DNA from: Mobula hypostoma | Lineage: Eukaryota | Direction: 5' to 3' | Assembly: GCF_963921235.1 (NCBI RefSeq) | Contig: NC_086108.1 | Span: forward strand, 47,680,001 to 47,744,000 | DNA length: 64,000 bases | Shown here: piece after piece, positions 1 to 14,453 of the stretch | How positions within the stretch are numbered: position 1 is the stretch's first letter | Layout: every line of letters begins with the position of its first letter | Position numbers and translations under genes: made by a program | Notes under the pieces: generated by a model | What the model was told of the DNA's origin: nothing | The model's input: only the letters and a program-made list of their open reading frames with translations | Database searches by the model: none

Positions 1-3000
1 TCTTTTGATTGCTCTGCTACAGAGAGGGAAAGGCCTGTCACTGTGCCCGGAAAGGGTTGCCCGGGTTTTCTGTATCTTAGATGTGAACTTGGACTATAGA
101 CTTCTTTTCTCCGTCTTATAATTTTTTTTATTTTGTGTTTTACACCCCTGATCTTACTTTTTTCTGTGTAGGAGGCGAGATTTGGGGATTGATTTGCCCG
201 TTCCATCTTTGTTCATATTTTTTGTGCAGGGAGGGGGTAATTTGTGGGCTGATGATTATGCTTCCTTTCTTTTGGTTTCATGGCTACCCGGAGAAGTAGA
301 ATTTCATGTTGTATGCTTTGATAATAAATGAACCTTTGAACATATTGTGGAAACCAGTCTCTTTTGTACTCCATGATTCTATGGACTTCTGGTATAATGT
401 TCCAACCTGTGGAGCTTCTTGTGACCCAGTTCACAAAATGAAATGGGGTAACACTCCTGGTGCTCATTTTCCTCAACTTTACTGCAGCTAACTCTTCTAG
501 TCATTTTATGTATGTACGCAGCTATGTCAATTGCATTTTGGTTCTTGTGAGGATTAACATCACTGACAAGTGTGATAGATTGATGGATGTTTTATCACTT
601 GATTCTTTGTATTCTTCTTAATGAAATGGTACTGCGTATATATACCCTGACTAGAATGTGTACAGAGGCAAAATGTTTGGATTAAATTTCAAAAGTGTTA
701 ATTTTTCTTTGTCTAAATTAATAAAATTCAAAATTTTCAAACTCTATGATAAATACTACTAATATGTAGCATCAGCATAACAAGTGGATAAAGCACTGGG
801 GATTGAGGTTCAGAATCAGGTTTATTATCACCGAAGTATGTCATGAAATTTGTTGTTTTGCTGCATTAGCACAGTACAAATCAGAAAAAGTTTACTATAT
901 ATTGCAATAAGAAATATAAAACAGGACAAAAGAGGGCAAAATAGTGAGGTAGTGTTCATGGACTGTTCAGAAATCTGACTGCAGAGAGAAAGAAACTGTT
1001 CCTTAAACTTTGAGTTTGCATCTTCAAACTCATTTACCTCCTACCTGATGGTAGTAGTGAGAAGAGGACAGGGATGGTGTCAGGTTGACTGGGGAGCACT
1101 AAAATTTCTATAGACACTGTGTCCCAGATCATACCAGTTTAGATAATATGGACAGAGAAATGGGTATAAAATCAGCATAATGTTATTAGGAGAATATTCT
1201 TTGTAATTTTAAAATAGTGTATTCTATGGTCTGGCTGCCTTTTTTAATCCTTAGCATATATTCATTCATGGTAATTGTTTTTCTTCTCTGTAGCAATCTT
1301 CCTCTCCTGCAGCCAGTGGAATATATTCTTTGCCATTTAATGTGATAATAGGAAAACAATTCCTCCCTTTTTGATAATTCAATTTATTTTTGATCCTAGT
1401 AAAATACTTCTAATGGAGATGTGTTTTGTGGCTTTAGTAAAGAAAATTAAAACATCTATCAAGATACTACTGTTATTTCTTGATGTGTGTAATGAACAAT
1501 AATTATCACGTGCCAATTATTCATTAGATATTTCTGTCAAATTATTCCCAGAACCACCAGTGCAGCACATAATAGCAGTGAACAAAAGCAGCTGCCATTG
1601 AAACATTGAGCCGATTATGGAGCTTAGTGAGCCATTCCTCTACAGTCATAAATATATAGTCTCCTCCTCCATCCTCCTCCACGACTGGTTTCATTTCCAT
1701 TTATAGTAAATACTCTCTCCATCAATCAGATTACTTGCGGCCTTCACAGTACCAAATGTAATTTCTATAGTAATAAATATTGAACGTAGGTGATCGTCAT
1801 TTGCCAGTGACATCACTCATTTTATATTAACTGCAATTAGCATTTATTTCTGTCTGCTGAATTCTCCAGAAATGTACAGTTATGATTTGAAATTTACTTC
1901 AATAGTTCTATTTACAGAAAAAGTATTTTATTTGTAATTTAGTATGTGATCATCATTTTTCAACAAGGATCAGCATTAAAATTAACTTTTATCAAGAAAT
2001 TTAGGAGGTAATTCTCAAAAGCTAAACATTTGAAAGTTGTACATTAGTACTTGTGTTTTACCTGACCTTTTTTAGTGAATGATTAGTATGTTACTTAAAC
2101 ATCAAGGAATAATGATTCAATCCCAGCTTGTATTAAAGAGATAATTTTAATGCAAATTTTATTGAACAAGTGATGGGAAATCATGCCATTTAAAGCTCTT
2201 TAGAATACTAAAGCATGAAGTAAATTTCTCAGAGCATGCTTTAGCCCGATTCTAGAATTTTGGGTGGTGGGGTGGGGTTGGGGGTCATTTTTAAAAATTA
2301 AAGTGCTTCTTGCAGACAGACATAAGGTCTTGTTTTATATCTCTGAGGGTCTTGGAACTCTTTCAAAAAGTGGTGGAAGCAGAACCTCTTGAATGTGTCT
2401 AAGAAATAGAGGTCATAGCCAATAGTAAGGATTGCAGAGTTGAAGCTGCCATCTGATCAACTAAAAGTCTTATTAATTGACAGAGTGGGGTTGAGGGACT
2501 AAATGATCTACTCCTGCCCCTAAATTTTAAACACATTCATAACTACATCAACGTCTTTTTTTTAGGAAGGAGATTCTTCCTGTGGCAGAGGAACTGCTTA
2601 TTTCTGTATTGGTAGTTTGGATAACAATGTGGAAAATCACTTCTTTGACAAATATGGTGATGTTTGCTGTTAAGTTTGACTTTTAAGTGACCTCTGCAAT
2701 ATCTAGTAAGCTCTGGGAAGGACTGAAATCACAAACTTGGAACAGAAAGAATATAGCATCAACCGAGGCACCAAGTTGAGATACTGCAAAGCTGCCTCAC
2801 AGACAACACCAATAAACAACAATCTGAAATAGTGGTCAAAAGGAAAGAGTCAAATGTGATTCTTTCTTGATGTATGCTAAAATAAAACAGAAGTCTGTAA
2901 GACAAAGTGGTTTTAACCTGCAGTGGGATTGTTTTGGGAAAGTTAAAGGAGTACAAGTCTACAGCCTTGAGGGTAGATAATGATAAAAAGGTATTTGTCT

Positions 3001-3068
3001 GAAGAAGGTATGGTCATTGTGCAGGTACCAAATAGTGCCTTATAGAAAACTACTGGGTTATGTTATTT

Positions 3069-3266
3069 TAAAACCGCAGACACGAGGAAATCTGCAGATG
3101 CTGGAAATTCAAGCAACACACACAAAAAAGGCTGGTGGAATCTCTTACTATCTCTTCTTTCAGTTAGTCCTGACGAAGGGTCCCGGCCTGAAACATCGAC
3201 TGTACCTCTTCCTATAGATGCTGCCTGGCCTGCTGCATTCCACCAGCATTTTTTGTGTGTGTTGCG
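3069..3266. mobile_element. Short fold-back insertion of Penelope-like element 3' end
   Basis: About 60 nt of the family terminus in one orientation, then about 125 nt in the opposite orientation; flanked by 15-bp direct repeat tgggttatgttattt (3054-3068, 3267-3281). Confidence 0.8.
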
Positions 3267-3844
3267 TGGGTTATGTTATTTCTGAGTTTTAAAGCAATCT
3301 TGAAATGTATAAAAGGGGGGAACTGTCTATGGGCAAGAAGGAGGGCTTTTCCCTTAGGCTACATACAGTCAGTGGTAGTACTAGGAGTTGAAGAAGATGG
3401 AAACAAGTAAGTTGAGATGGTGAGAATATTATAGAGTGTGAGTGATGCGTGAAAAGTTTTGGATCTGTGGTTCCCACAGCATTCTGCAGTTAAGCTCATT
3501 CAGTGGATGATGAGCATTAGTTTGTTTTCTGTACTACTACTTCATTAACCATTGGTTTTCATTTTTGTGTTACATACTTTATACAATTCTAATAAAGTGA
3601 TTTCTTGTGGTTTAATATGTATAGGTTCTCCTTTGTTTGAGAATACATATGCAAATGCCATTGTTGAATCAGCAAAGGACATGGAAAGAATTTTAAAATG
3701 TTTTTCTTGCAATTGTACTTGGAGAATTATATCTTGCAGACAAAGTGCCTGACTACTTCATCCTCTGGCTGGAGAAATGAGGTTGAGCAAGTGACTAAAG
3801 TGTCAGTGGGGAATGCTTTAGGGGCCGTGACCATAATTCTATTA

Positions 3845-4500
3845 GATCATAAGATATTGGAGCAGAATTAAGCCATTCAACCCATTGAGTCTGCTCTGCC
3901 ATTCTATCATGGCTGATTTATATCCCTCTCAATGCTTTTTTTTTCTGCCTTCTCCCTGCAACCTTTGATATATTTAATAATCAAGAACCAATCAATCTCC
4001 ACTTTAAATATACCCAATAACCTGGCCTCCACGGCTATTTGCGGCAATGAATTCTGACTCTGGCTAAAGCAATTCTTCCTCATCCCTTCTAAAGGGATGT
4101 CCTTCTATTCTGAGGCTTTCCCATCTGGTCTTAAACTCCCCCCAATACAGGAAACATCTTCTGCATGTCCACTCTATCCGGGCCTTTCAATATTTAATGG
4201 GTTTCAATGTGATTTCCCCCCCCCATGCTTCTAAACTCCAGCATGTACAGGCCAAGAGCTATCAAGCGCGTCTCTTTGTTAACCCTTACATTCCCAGAAT
4301 CATTCTCATGAACCTCCTCTGGACCCTCTCCAATGTTAGCAATCCTTTTGTTGATAAGGGGCCCAAAACTGCTCACAACACTCCAAGTGTGGTCTGACCA
4401 ATACCTTATAGAGCCCCAACATTTCATCCTTGCTTTTATATTCTAGTCCTCTCAAAATGAATGCTAACGTTGCACTTGTGCATTAGAACACTCAGATCCC
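3845..4500 (-). mobile_element. CR1-type LINE 3' fragment, degenerate
   Basis: Reverse complement resembles CR1 ORF2 C-terminus and 3' UTR seen in other copies here (40470-41625, 53263-53969); boundaries approximate. Confidence 0.7.
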
Positions 4501-5381
4501 TTTAGTCCTTTTGATTCCTTTGATCAAGGTTCAAGACCTTGCACTTCCTCACGTCAGACTGAAAATTTAAAATCTTTGCCAAATGCTGCTGCAGAATCAC
4601 AATGTCATATTAGTTTTAGAATAGTTATGGAAAAAGAGAGGACTTGTCCACAGATCCTATATTGGGGCAAGGCTTATTTTGATGGCATTCGGCAGGAACT
4701 TGCAAAGGTTTTTGGGATAGACTGTTAGCGGGTAAAGGGACATCTGACAAGTGGGAATCTTCTAAAAGTCAGATAAGGAGAATTCGGACAACATTTTCCT
4801 GTTATAGTGAAAGACAAGGCTGGCAGGAGTAGGAAACCCTGGCTGGAGCAAGAATGAGGCTCTGGTAAGGGAAATGAAGCCATATGTTGGAAAAGCAGAT
4901 CTGAACAAGTTCCATGAGGAGTATATGAGATGTAGGAGTATAGTTAAGGAGGAAATCAGGAGGACAGAAAGGGGACGTTTTGGAAAGCAAAGGAACGAGT
5001 TTCTGGGGCTCCAGTAGAGATTTTTTGTATCCTTCTTAGCCTTAAGTGAGATAGCAGAAGACTGGAAGGTAGCTAATGTTGTGCTTATTTAAGAAGCGCT
5101 ATAAGGACAAGCTAGGGAACTATAGCTCAATGCAGAGAGCAGTGGACTCTGCCCAATACATGAAGGACACATCCTTCTGCATTATTAAGAGTATCTACCT
5201 GAGGCGCTGCCTCAAGAAGGCAGGATCTTTAATCAAAAATCCTCACCTTCCAGACCATGCCCTCTTATCTAAGCTACCATTAGGTAGCAAATACTGAAGC
5301 CTGAAATCCCATGCAAGAGCCATATCCCTTCAGCCATTCTGTTCTTGAACCAAACTACGCAATCCTAATCCACTAACTCAT

Positions 5382-6613
5382 AAACAAGAGAAAATATGCA
5401 GATGCTGGAAATCCAAACAACACACAAAATGCTGGAGGAACTTAGCAGACCAGGCAGCATCTATAGAAAAAAGTAGAGTTGATGTTTCAGGCCGAAACCC
5501 TTATGCAGGACTGGAAGGAAAAAAGCTGAGGAGTAGATTTAAAAGGTGGGGGGGGGGGGGGAGGCAGGGAAGAGAGAGAGAGAGAAAAACAAACCACCAG
5601 GTGATAGCTGAAACGTGGAGAGGGAGGGATGAAGGAAGGAGATGGGAAGTTGATTGGTGCAAGAGACAGAGGGAGGCAGTGGCAGGCAAGGAGATGAGGT
5701 GAAAGAGGGAAAAGGGGATGGGATATGGTGAAGGAGAGGGGGTGTGGGGAGCATTACCAGAAGTTCAAGAAATCGATGTTCATGCCATCATGCTGGAGGT
5801 CACCCAACTAGGTATTCCTCCAACCTAAGTGTGGCTTCATCCCAACAGAGGAGAAGGCCATGGATAGACCTTGGAATAGGAATGGGAAGAGTAATTAAAA
5901 TGGGTGGCCACTAGGAGATCCCGCTTTTTTTGGCGGACGAAGCATAGGTGCTCGGTGAAGCGGTCTCCCAATCTATACTGGGTTACATGATATACAGGGG
6001 GTTACACGATATACAGGGGGCCTCACTAGGAGCAGCGGACACAGTATATGACCCCAACAGACTCCCAGGTGAAGTGTTGCCTCACCTGGAAGGACTGTTT
6101 AGGGCCCTGAATAGTAGTGAGGGAGCAGGTGTAACGGCAGGTATAGCACTTGTTCCGCTTGCAAGGATAAGTGCCTGGGGGAGATCAGTGGCGAGGGGCG
6201 AATGGACAAGGGAGTTGTATAGGGAGCGATCTCTACGGAAAGCAGAAAGTGGGGGACAGGGAAAGATGTGCTTGATCGTGGGATCCTGTTGGAGATGGCG
6301 GAAGTTTCGGAGAATTGTGTGCTGGACGTGGAGACTGGTCGGATGGCAGGAGGATGGAGTAAGAGCAGATGTGTGTAGAATGGAAGATGTGCAGTTGAGG
6401 GCAGCGTTAATGGTGGAGGAAGGGAAGCCCCTTTCTTTGAAACAGGAGGACCTCTTCCTTCTAGAATGAAAAGCCTCATCCTGAGAACAGATGGAGTGGA
6501 GGAGAAATTGAGAGAAGGGGATGGTGTTTTTACAGGTAACGGTGGAAAGAGGTATAGTCCAGGTAGCTGTGAGAGTCCATAGGTTTATAATGGAAATCAA
6601 CGGATAAGCTGTC
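5382..6613 (-). mobile_element. Penelope-like retroelement fragment (RT C-terminus, GIY-YIG remnant, 3' tail), older subfamily
   Basis: ORF 6082..6618 (CKNTIPFSQFL...ILRNFRHLQQDPTIKHIFP) is paralogous to ORF 26303..27346; probable TSD tccactaact(c/t)at at 5369-5381 and 6614-6626. Confidence 0.85.
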
Positions 6614-7576
6614 TCCACTAACTTATTGTAGCTTCACTATCTGACCACTTTGCACTTCAATGAGTTTTGTTTTTTTTTCTAATTATCTTTCTTCTGGTAT
6701 TATTTTGTATCCTTATGTTTTTCCTGTGAATGTAGTGTCTTTAATGCTATGTGCCTCTGAAGTTGCTGCAAATACGTTTTCATTGCAATTGTGCACATGA
6801 CAATAAAAGGCTATCAGCTGAGCCTGGTGACCCTGTGGAAGGCACTTTGGCCTTCATTGATGGGTTGAGCTGAAAAGCCTGTTTCTGTGTGATGTAACTT
6901 TTTGACTATAAATGCTCAAGTATTGTCCTACTAACAGGACAGAGTCTCAAAATTTACACAGTGAATTGGGCGTGATTCTGATTTCAGACCCCATTAAATT
7001 TCATGTATCTGGTCAAACACGAGCCTCCTTCTCATTACCCCTTACAGTGTTTCATGATGAATTAGTGGTCCTCATGTTAAACACTGCTGAAAAGTAATAA
7101 GGCTGCATAATGTACTGTGATGGTGTTGTAGTGTGAACAAAGTCACCAGAGAGATGCAACTGGTAGATATAAAGTATTCTTTTATTTGGGACACACACGC
7201 AAGCTGTCTGCCTTTGGTGTCACAAGCGAGCTAGACAGAGATTGACTTCCCAAACCAACTTTGCAGCACATGTTAAACAACAAAGGTAACAGGACAATTT
7301 CTATAGTTACAATGCCCTCATAAAGTTTCTTTTGAGATGTATGTAGTTTTCAAATGCCTGGATCTTCCCAGCAACACATCCAAAATGAGTGTTAATTACT
7401 GTGGACTCTGAGTCCTATTCATGCAATGGGGTGTTGATTGTTTTCATGCATAAGCAGATCTATCAGTTCAGGGGGTGTTTACTGGTCTGGAATTTACTGT
7501 TCTGAGCTACATTTTGAATTCAATCCACAATCTATATTCAGATCTAAAAATTAGTTGCTGAAGTTAATATTTCCTT

Positions 7577-9121
7577 ATTGGATTGACTTTATTACTTACA
7601 TACTTAATATTTACATTACATCTTCTAAATGCGCAATTTGTAGTAATTTGTAATAAATAGTATGTACAACAGGGCAGTGAATCTAACATAGAAACACAAT
7701 TGTATCAGCATGAATTAATCAGTCTTATGGCCTGATGGAAAGCTGTCCCAGAGCCTGTTGGTTCTAGCTTTTATGCTGCAGAACCATTTCCCGGATGGCA
7801 GCAGCTGGAATAGTTTGTGGTTGGGGTGACTCAAGTCCCCAATGATCCGTCGGGTCCTTTTTACACACCTGTCTTTGTAGATGTCCTGAATAGTGGGAAG
7901 TTCCCATCTACAGATGCGCTGGGCTGTCCGCACCACTCTCTGCATGGTCCTGCGATTGAGGGAAGTACAGTTCCCATACCAGGCAGTGATGCAGCCAGTC
8001 AGGATGCTCTCAATTGTGCCCTTGTAGAAAGTTCTTAGGATTTGGGGGACCATGCCATACTTCTTCAACTGTCTGAGTTGAAATAGGTGCTGTTGTCCTT
8101 TTTTTCACCACACAGCCAGTATGTACAGACCACTTGTGATCCTCGGTGATGTGTATGCTGAGAAATTTAAAGCTGTTCACCCTTTCAACTCCAGATCCAT
8201 TGATGTCAATAGGGATTAGCCTGTCTCCATTCCTCCCGTAGTCCACAACCAGCTCCTTTGTTTTTATGACATTGAGGGAGAGGTTGTTTTCTTGACACCA
8301 CTGTGTCAGGATGATGACTTCTTCTCTGTTGGCTGCCTCTATTATTTAAAATTAGGCTAATTAATGTAATATCATCAGCAAATTTAATTAGCGTATTGGA
8401 GCTGTGGGTAGCGATACAGTCATGGGCATACAGAGAGTAAAGGAGGGGGGTTAGGACACAGCCCTGGGGGGCACCCCTTTTGAGGGTCAGAGGGGCAGAG
8501 GGGAGGGAGCCCACTCTTACCACCTGCTGGCCATCTGATCGTAGGTCCAGGATCCAGCTACACAAGGCAGGGTGAAGGCGGAGGTCTCAGGTTCTTGTTG
8601 AGCCTGGAGGGAATTATGATGTTGAATGCTGAACTGTAGTCCAAGAACAGCATTATCATATAAGCATCACTCTTCTCCAGATGTGTAAGGATTGTGTGTA
8701 GAGCTGTGGTATTGTGTTATCTGTTGATCGGTTGTGCTGGTAGGCGAATTGTAGGGGCTCCGGTGTGGGTGGGAGCATGCTGCAGATGTAGTCCTTGACC
8801 AGCCTCTCAAAGCATTTGTTTATCATTGAGGTGAGTGTGACAGGACGCCAGTCGTTCAGACATGTTGCCTTGGTCTTTTTAGGTACAGGAACAAGGGTGG
8901 ATCTTCTGAAGAAGGAGGGTACTCTACACTGGGAGATTAAAAATGTCCGTAAACACACCTATCAGTTGTGCTGCCCACATCCAGAGTACCCGCCCTGAAA
9001 TGCTGTCTGGTCCCGCAGCCTTGTGACTCATTGGAAACACCTGCGTACTTCAGCCTCAGAGATGACCAAGGTGCAGGTCGCTTCAGCGGCTCTCCTCAGG
9101 CTCAGTATTGGTGACGTCGAA
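7577..9121 (-). mobile_element. Rex1/Babar-type LINE, 5'-truncated, frameshifted RT
   Basis: ORFs 8656..8958 (PVPKK..CLNDWRPVTLT), 8206..8565 ([21 protein letters not shown]) and 7715..8068 (ESILTGCITAWYGNC) are consecutive pieces of one RT/C-terminal region. Confidence 0.88.
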
Positions 9122-11459
9122 CCGAGAGTAAAAAAAGACGTAGCTCATCTCAGTGTTGGCAACATCCAACTGAAAATAAAAAAGATTTGTCTCATCCAGA
9201 ATACGCCCTAACAATGGGAGCACTTTGAAATCCTTTACCAAGACTGGTTTCAAAATTCCACAGTTAGCCAATCAGGCTGACTCCTGAAGGAGACATGGGA
9301 CTGCAGGTGCTGGAATCTGGAGCAGCAAGCAATCTGCTTAGGAGTTCTGCAGGTCAAACAATATCTGTGGGAGGAAAGGAATTGTCAGTATAGAGTCAAA
9401 ATCCTGCATCAGGACTGAGATTAGAGGGAGAGAGATGTCCAGTATATAGAGAAGATGAGGTGTGAGGAAAATGTTTGGCGGATTGAGAGGGATGTAGAAG
9501 ATGACAGGTAGGTTGTGCCAGGACATATGAGGTGAGCAGGGGTGGAGTTGGGACACAGTGGCAGTTGAATAATAGATAAAAGGAGAGAGTGACATAAAAT
9601 ATGGAGAGGCAAATGGAGAAAGATAGGGGCAGTGTGAATATTGAAGATAACTGCTGGAAGGAGATAAGCAGGAACACAAAGGGTCACCAGCACGAGACAT
9701 TGATAAGGAAAAGAGATGAGAAAAGGAATAATGAGGGAGGAAGTGAATAATAGATGGAGCTGGAACCAGATGGGGGAAGGGAAAGTGTGAACTGCAGGAG
9801 TGAGTTGATGGGTGATGTGGGGCTGAGGGGGGAACTGGAAGAAAAGAGACAAAAGAGGTCCCATTTCCTAATATAGTATATCTTCTAAATTAAGCTGGTT
9901 TAATCTCATTTTTGCCCTTCTGTCTGTAGCAGATGCATCTGTCTGTGATTAGTGTTAAAAGTGAGTACTGCACAGCATGTCCTGTGTTAATAGTGTGTAT
10001 CTCATTTGGCACAAGAATTATGCTAAATGGGATGGACTCGGTACAATCTGGCAATTTAAAAGTAAGCATCCATGTTGTTATCCAGGCATCAGCACAATTT
10101 AATCTTTTGCTACAGCTTAGTCTTCATTCAGTCATTACCATCAAGTCAGTGGATTCATGCTGGCTCCATGAGGAATACAGAAATGCATGTTCAGAACAGG
10201 CTGTCTATAGTTAAAATTAAGTCCCAATCAGATGAAGCTGTGTCAGAGCAAAATATGCTTGCTAAGCAGCAAAGATGAGTGCTAAATGGTCTTTCAGACA
10301 ATAAATCAGCTGAAAACAGGATGACCCTGTCACATTTGGTTGTGACTGTTAGAGGGCAATTAAACATTTAACAAGAGGAGGCTTGTCATGGCCTAGCAAT
10401 TGAGTGCTAAAGACAAAGCATAATTATTTGCAACCATATTTAACCAAAACTACTTAGTGGATGTTCCATCCTGGGTTCCTCATCAGAGTCATATGATTTA
10501 CAAAGGACAATCTTCAGTAAATTTGATTCACTCCCAATGATGTGAATAAACTCCTTGAAACTTGTGGTTGAGACATGTACAATGACAGCATTTGAAAGTC
10601 ATTTTGATAAGTACTTTGATACTTGATGGTTTAGGGATATGAACCAAATGTGGGCAAATGGACCTGGTGGGCACTATGGTTGGCATGGACAAGTTGTGCC
10701 GAAGGGTCTGTTTCTGCGCTCTTTGACTCTAAACTGTGGAGAGCTGAGTCTATGGGATTAGGCAACACTTTCACTTGAAGGCGTGTGATCCCTAACTAGG
10801 TGCACCTCTAACTGAGCTGTCCAGTACAGCTATGACACTGACATCCACTCAGCAATGTGGAAGAATACCCCGGTATAAACTCTACACAAATTACCACCCA
10901 GTCAGTCTACTCTTAGTCAGCAGCAATGTGATGGGAGGCGTTTTTGAAAATGAAATCACTGGCACTTAGCCACCATTAACCTGCTGAATCCTTCACGACC
11001 TGGATTAACACATTGACATCGTTGGAGGCTTGCAGACTTCAAGGACACCATCAGGTGGTGCCAACTCCGGGCCACCCATGTTGGAATGTCTGTGGATGAG
11101 ATGCCAAATGAAGATTGGTCCAACCCCGGCTCTGGAATGGACAGACTCACATTTGCCCCTCCCAGGCCATATTTCATCATTTTGTGGCTCAACAGAAACC
11201 AATTAAAACATCTGCCATACGAAACAAAAACCTGCTGAGTGGTGCCCAGTATGGTCTTTTCCAGAGCCACTAAGCTCTTGAGCTCATCATGGCTTTGGCA
11301 CATACAAGGACCAATGATCTGAATTCCAGAGCTGAGATCAGAGTGACTACCCTTGGTCTCAAGCAATACTTGAATGATTGTGACATCAAACAGTGTTGAT
11401 AAAACTGAAATCAATAGGCATCTTGGGGAAAAGTACAAGTGATTCGAGTTGTACTTTCC

Positions 11460-11815
11460 ATAGTGGTGGCACAGTAACACAGTTAGTAGAGTTGTTGCCT
11501 TATAGCTGCCGTGACCCTTTTTCATTCCTGGCCTTTGGTATTGTCTGCAAGGAGTTTGCATGTTTTCCCTACGACTGTGGCTTTTCTCTGGGTGCTCTGA
11601 TTTCCTCATGTCTCTGTGACCTACATGCTGAGAAGTTCACTAACCACTATAAATTGCCTCCCATGTGTAGGTGAGTCTGAGAAACTGGACAAATTGTTAG
11701 GAATGAAGGAAAGAATAAAATGGGATTAGTGTAAATGAATATTTGTTGTCAGTACAGATTTGATTGGCCAAAGGGCATTTTCCTAGGACTTAGAAGCCTC
11801 TATAATTCTATGACA
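11460..11815 (+). mobile_element. tRNA-derived V-SINE-like element
   Basis: Head ggcacagtaacacagttagtagag and central motif ggagtttgcatgttttccc...ctctgggtgctctgatttcctc typical of the V-SINE core; approximate ends. Confidence 0.7.
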
Positions 11816-12332
11816 AAGGGAGTAGTTGTCATTGTTGTCACCTTGCTCTCAGGATATCATCAGAAGAGTCTTAAGCCAACCATCTTCAGCTGTTTTACCA
11901 GATCTTCTATCCAAAATAGAATCAGAAATGGAGATGTTTGCTAATTGTTCATATTGAATCCCATTATCAACTCCTCAGTAAATGAAGCAGTCCATATCTG
12001 CATGCAACAGGACCTAGGCATTAAGCTATTGGCTGATGAGCAGCATGTAGTTGGTCCTTCATGTGGGATGAGTACTTCAACTGAAGGGTCTCAGCCTGAA
12101 ACATCAACTGTACTCTTTTCCATAGATACTGCCTGGCCTGCATAGTTCCTCCAGCATTTTGTTTGTGTTACAACAAGTGAGTCTAACAGCCTGCCCTTGA
12201 TATTCCCACTAGGCTCCTCACTATTAACACCCTGGGTATAATCAGAAAAGGAGCTGCACAGGTCACACACTACTGTGATTACAAACGCTCGATACTTGTG
12301 GAGAGATACATCAAACATTAAATTCTTAATAA

Positions 12333-12933
12333 GAGGTAATGTTGCAGCTATACAGGACCAGAGGTAATGTTGCAGCTATATAGGACCCTGGTCAGACCCC
12401 ATTTGGAGTACTGTGCTCAGTTCTGGTCGCATCACTACAGGAAGGACCTGGAAATCATAGAAGGGGTGCAGAGATTTACAAGGATGTTGCCTGGATTGGG
12501 GAGCATGCCTTATGAAAACAGGTTGAGTGAACTCGGCCTTTTCTTCTGTGAGCGACAGAGGATGAGAGGTGACCTGATAAGAGGTGTATAAGATGATGAA
12601 AGGCATTGATCATGTGGATAGTCAGAGGCTTTTTCCCAGGGCTGAAATGGTTGCCACAAGAGGACACAGGTTTAAGGTGCTGGGGAGTAGGTACAGAGGA
12701 GATGTCAGGAGTAAGTTTTTTACTTAGAGAGTGGTGAGTGCATGGAATGGGCTGCCGGCAATGGTGGTGGAGGCGGATGCGATAGGGTCTTTTAAGAGAC
12801 TTCTGGATAGGTACATGGTGCTTAGAAAAATAGAGGGCTATGGGTAATCCTAGAAATTTCTAAGGTAGGGGCATGTTCGGTACAACTTTGTGGGCTGAAG
12901 GGCCTATATTATGCTGTAGGTTTTCTATGTTTC
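12333..12933 (+). mobile_element. CR1 LINE 3' end, young subfamily
   Basis: ORF 12367..12591 LYRTLVRPHLEYCAQFWS...VQRFTRMLPGL; ends in ttctatgtttct tail; closely similar to 53263-53969. Confidence 0.9.
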
Positions 12934-13774
12934 TTCCCACCCTCTAAAAGGCACAACTCAGCAATGTCAATAAATTCTCTCCACTTGACTGGAAGAGTGC
13001 AGTGGTGCAATGTAGTCAGTTTGATTTGTATCCCACCCACCTTTTTCGTTCTGTTCTTACTCCAGAAGCATCTCCCAAGCCTGTGATGCCAATCACCTGG
13101 ACGGATAAGGGTAACATACCTGCAGGTTCTTCTCTAGATTGTGCACCATCCTCATGTGAAGTATGCTGTTCTTTATTATTGTTGGGCCTAAATGTTGGAA
13201 CTCCCTCCCCAGCAGCATTGCAGGAGTGCCGTCACCAGAGGGCAACCTACAGCGATAAAGGATGGTGGCTCTCAAGGGCTTTTGGAGATGGCCAGTAGAC
13301 AGTGCTGTTGTCAGTGATGTCATTATCTCAAAAACAAATGTGTAAAGCTTGCTTTCCCTTGATACTAATGTAGTGTATGTTTATTTGGAGGTCATAGCTA
13401 GGTTCATGAGGAATACTGAGTTTACATTTCAAGAAACATTTTGACAATGGTAAATAATTATTTGTAGTTAAAACTGAATGGATTGTGTAATGTTCCTGCA
13501 TCATGGACAGCTGTAACATGATCTTTAGAAAGTTCTGATGAGGGAACTTGATCCAAAATGTTGACGGTTCCTTTCCACCCACAGTTGCTGTTTGATTCAC
13601 TGTAGCAAACTGTCAATTTTTATCTTGATTATCATTGTCACATGTAGTGAGGTACAATGAAAAAGATTGTTTCGTATGTCATCCACGCAGATTGTTTCAT
13701 CATATCAGCATATCGAGGTAGTAGTACAAGGAAAAAGCAATAACAAAATGCAAAATCAGGTGATACAATTGCAA

Positions 13775-13906
13775 TTCCTGCTGGAAGGGTTCAGCCCAAA
13801 ACATCAACTGTACTTTTTTCCATAGATGTTGCCTGGCCTGCTGAGTTCCTCCAGCATTTTGTGTGTGTTACTCAGATTTCCAGCATCTGCAGATTTTCTC
13901 TTGTTT
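13775..13906 (+). mobile_element. Short Penelope-like 3' tail insertion
   Basis: Family tail ...gagttcctccagcattttgtgtgtgtt...cagcatctgcagattttctcttgtt; 15-bp TSD gtgatacaattgcaa at 13760-13774 and 13907-13921. Confidence 0.8.
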
Positions 13907-14453
13907 GTGATACAATTGCAAAGTTCAGTACAGGCAAGATAAGAGGGTGAAAGGCTATATTGAAGTGGATTGTGAGGTCCAGAGTCCATCTTATCATAAT
14001 AGGTATGATATTAATCTTATAACAGCACGATAAAAGTTGTCCATGAACCTGGTACACACTTTCAGACCTTTGTGTGTTCTGCTTTATGGAAAGAAAGTAT
14101 GTCCAGGATGGGAGCTGTTATACCAAGGCAGTGAGAAGTATAGGCAGAGTCCATGGAGGGTAGGCTGATTTTCATGACTTGCTAAGCAGCATCAAGATAG
14201 GATACTTTTAAAAATTAACTACTTGGTGTTGGAATTGAAGTGGAAACCTCAGAAAGCTGTGTGATACAGTTGACAAATAGGATGGATTGTTTAATCTGAT
14301 GAAATTCTTAATGCCTACTCTTATGGATTATTAAAACCTTGTATTTCAAATATTATTTAACTTTGAGGAAGATGTTTTTAAGTTTAAACCAAGTTTTCTT
14401 ACCAAAGATTTGAGAACTTGTTTTAACTTGGATAAACGTGCCACTGATTAATG

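Noticed and set aside
2566..2656. Exon-like segment (tttag|GAAGG...ATATG|gtgat), 91 nt, phase-compatible with the 16400 exon
   Set aside because: Translation EGDSSCGRGTAYFCIG... shows no resemblance to the expected upstream SWT1 PIN sequence, and the donor is weak.
5948..6469. 173-aa plus-strand ORF and similar Gly/Arg-rich ORFs at 26047-26870, 29371-30340, 44277-45122
   Set aside because: Antisense or off-frame readings of Penelope-like repeats.
10956..11609. 217-aa minus-strand ORF
   Set aside because: Spans a SINE and degenerate LINE fragments; no recognisable domain.
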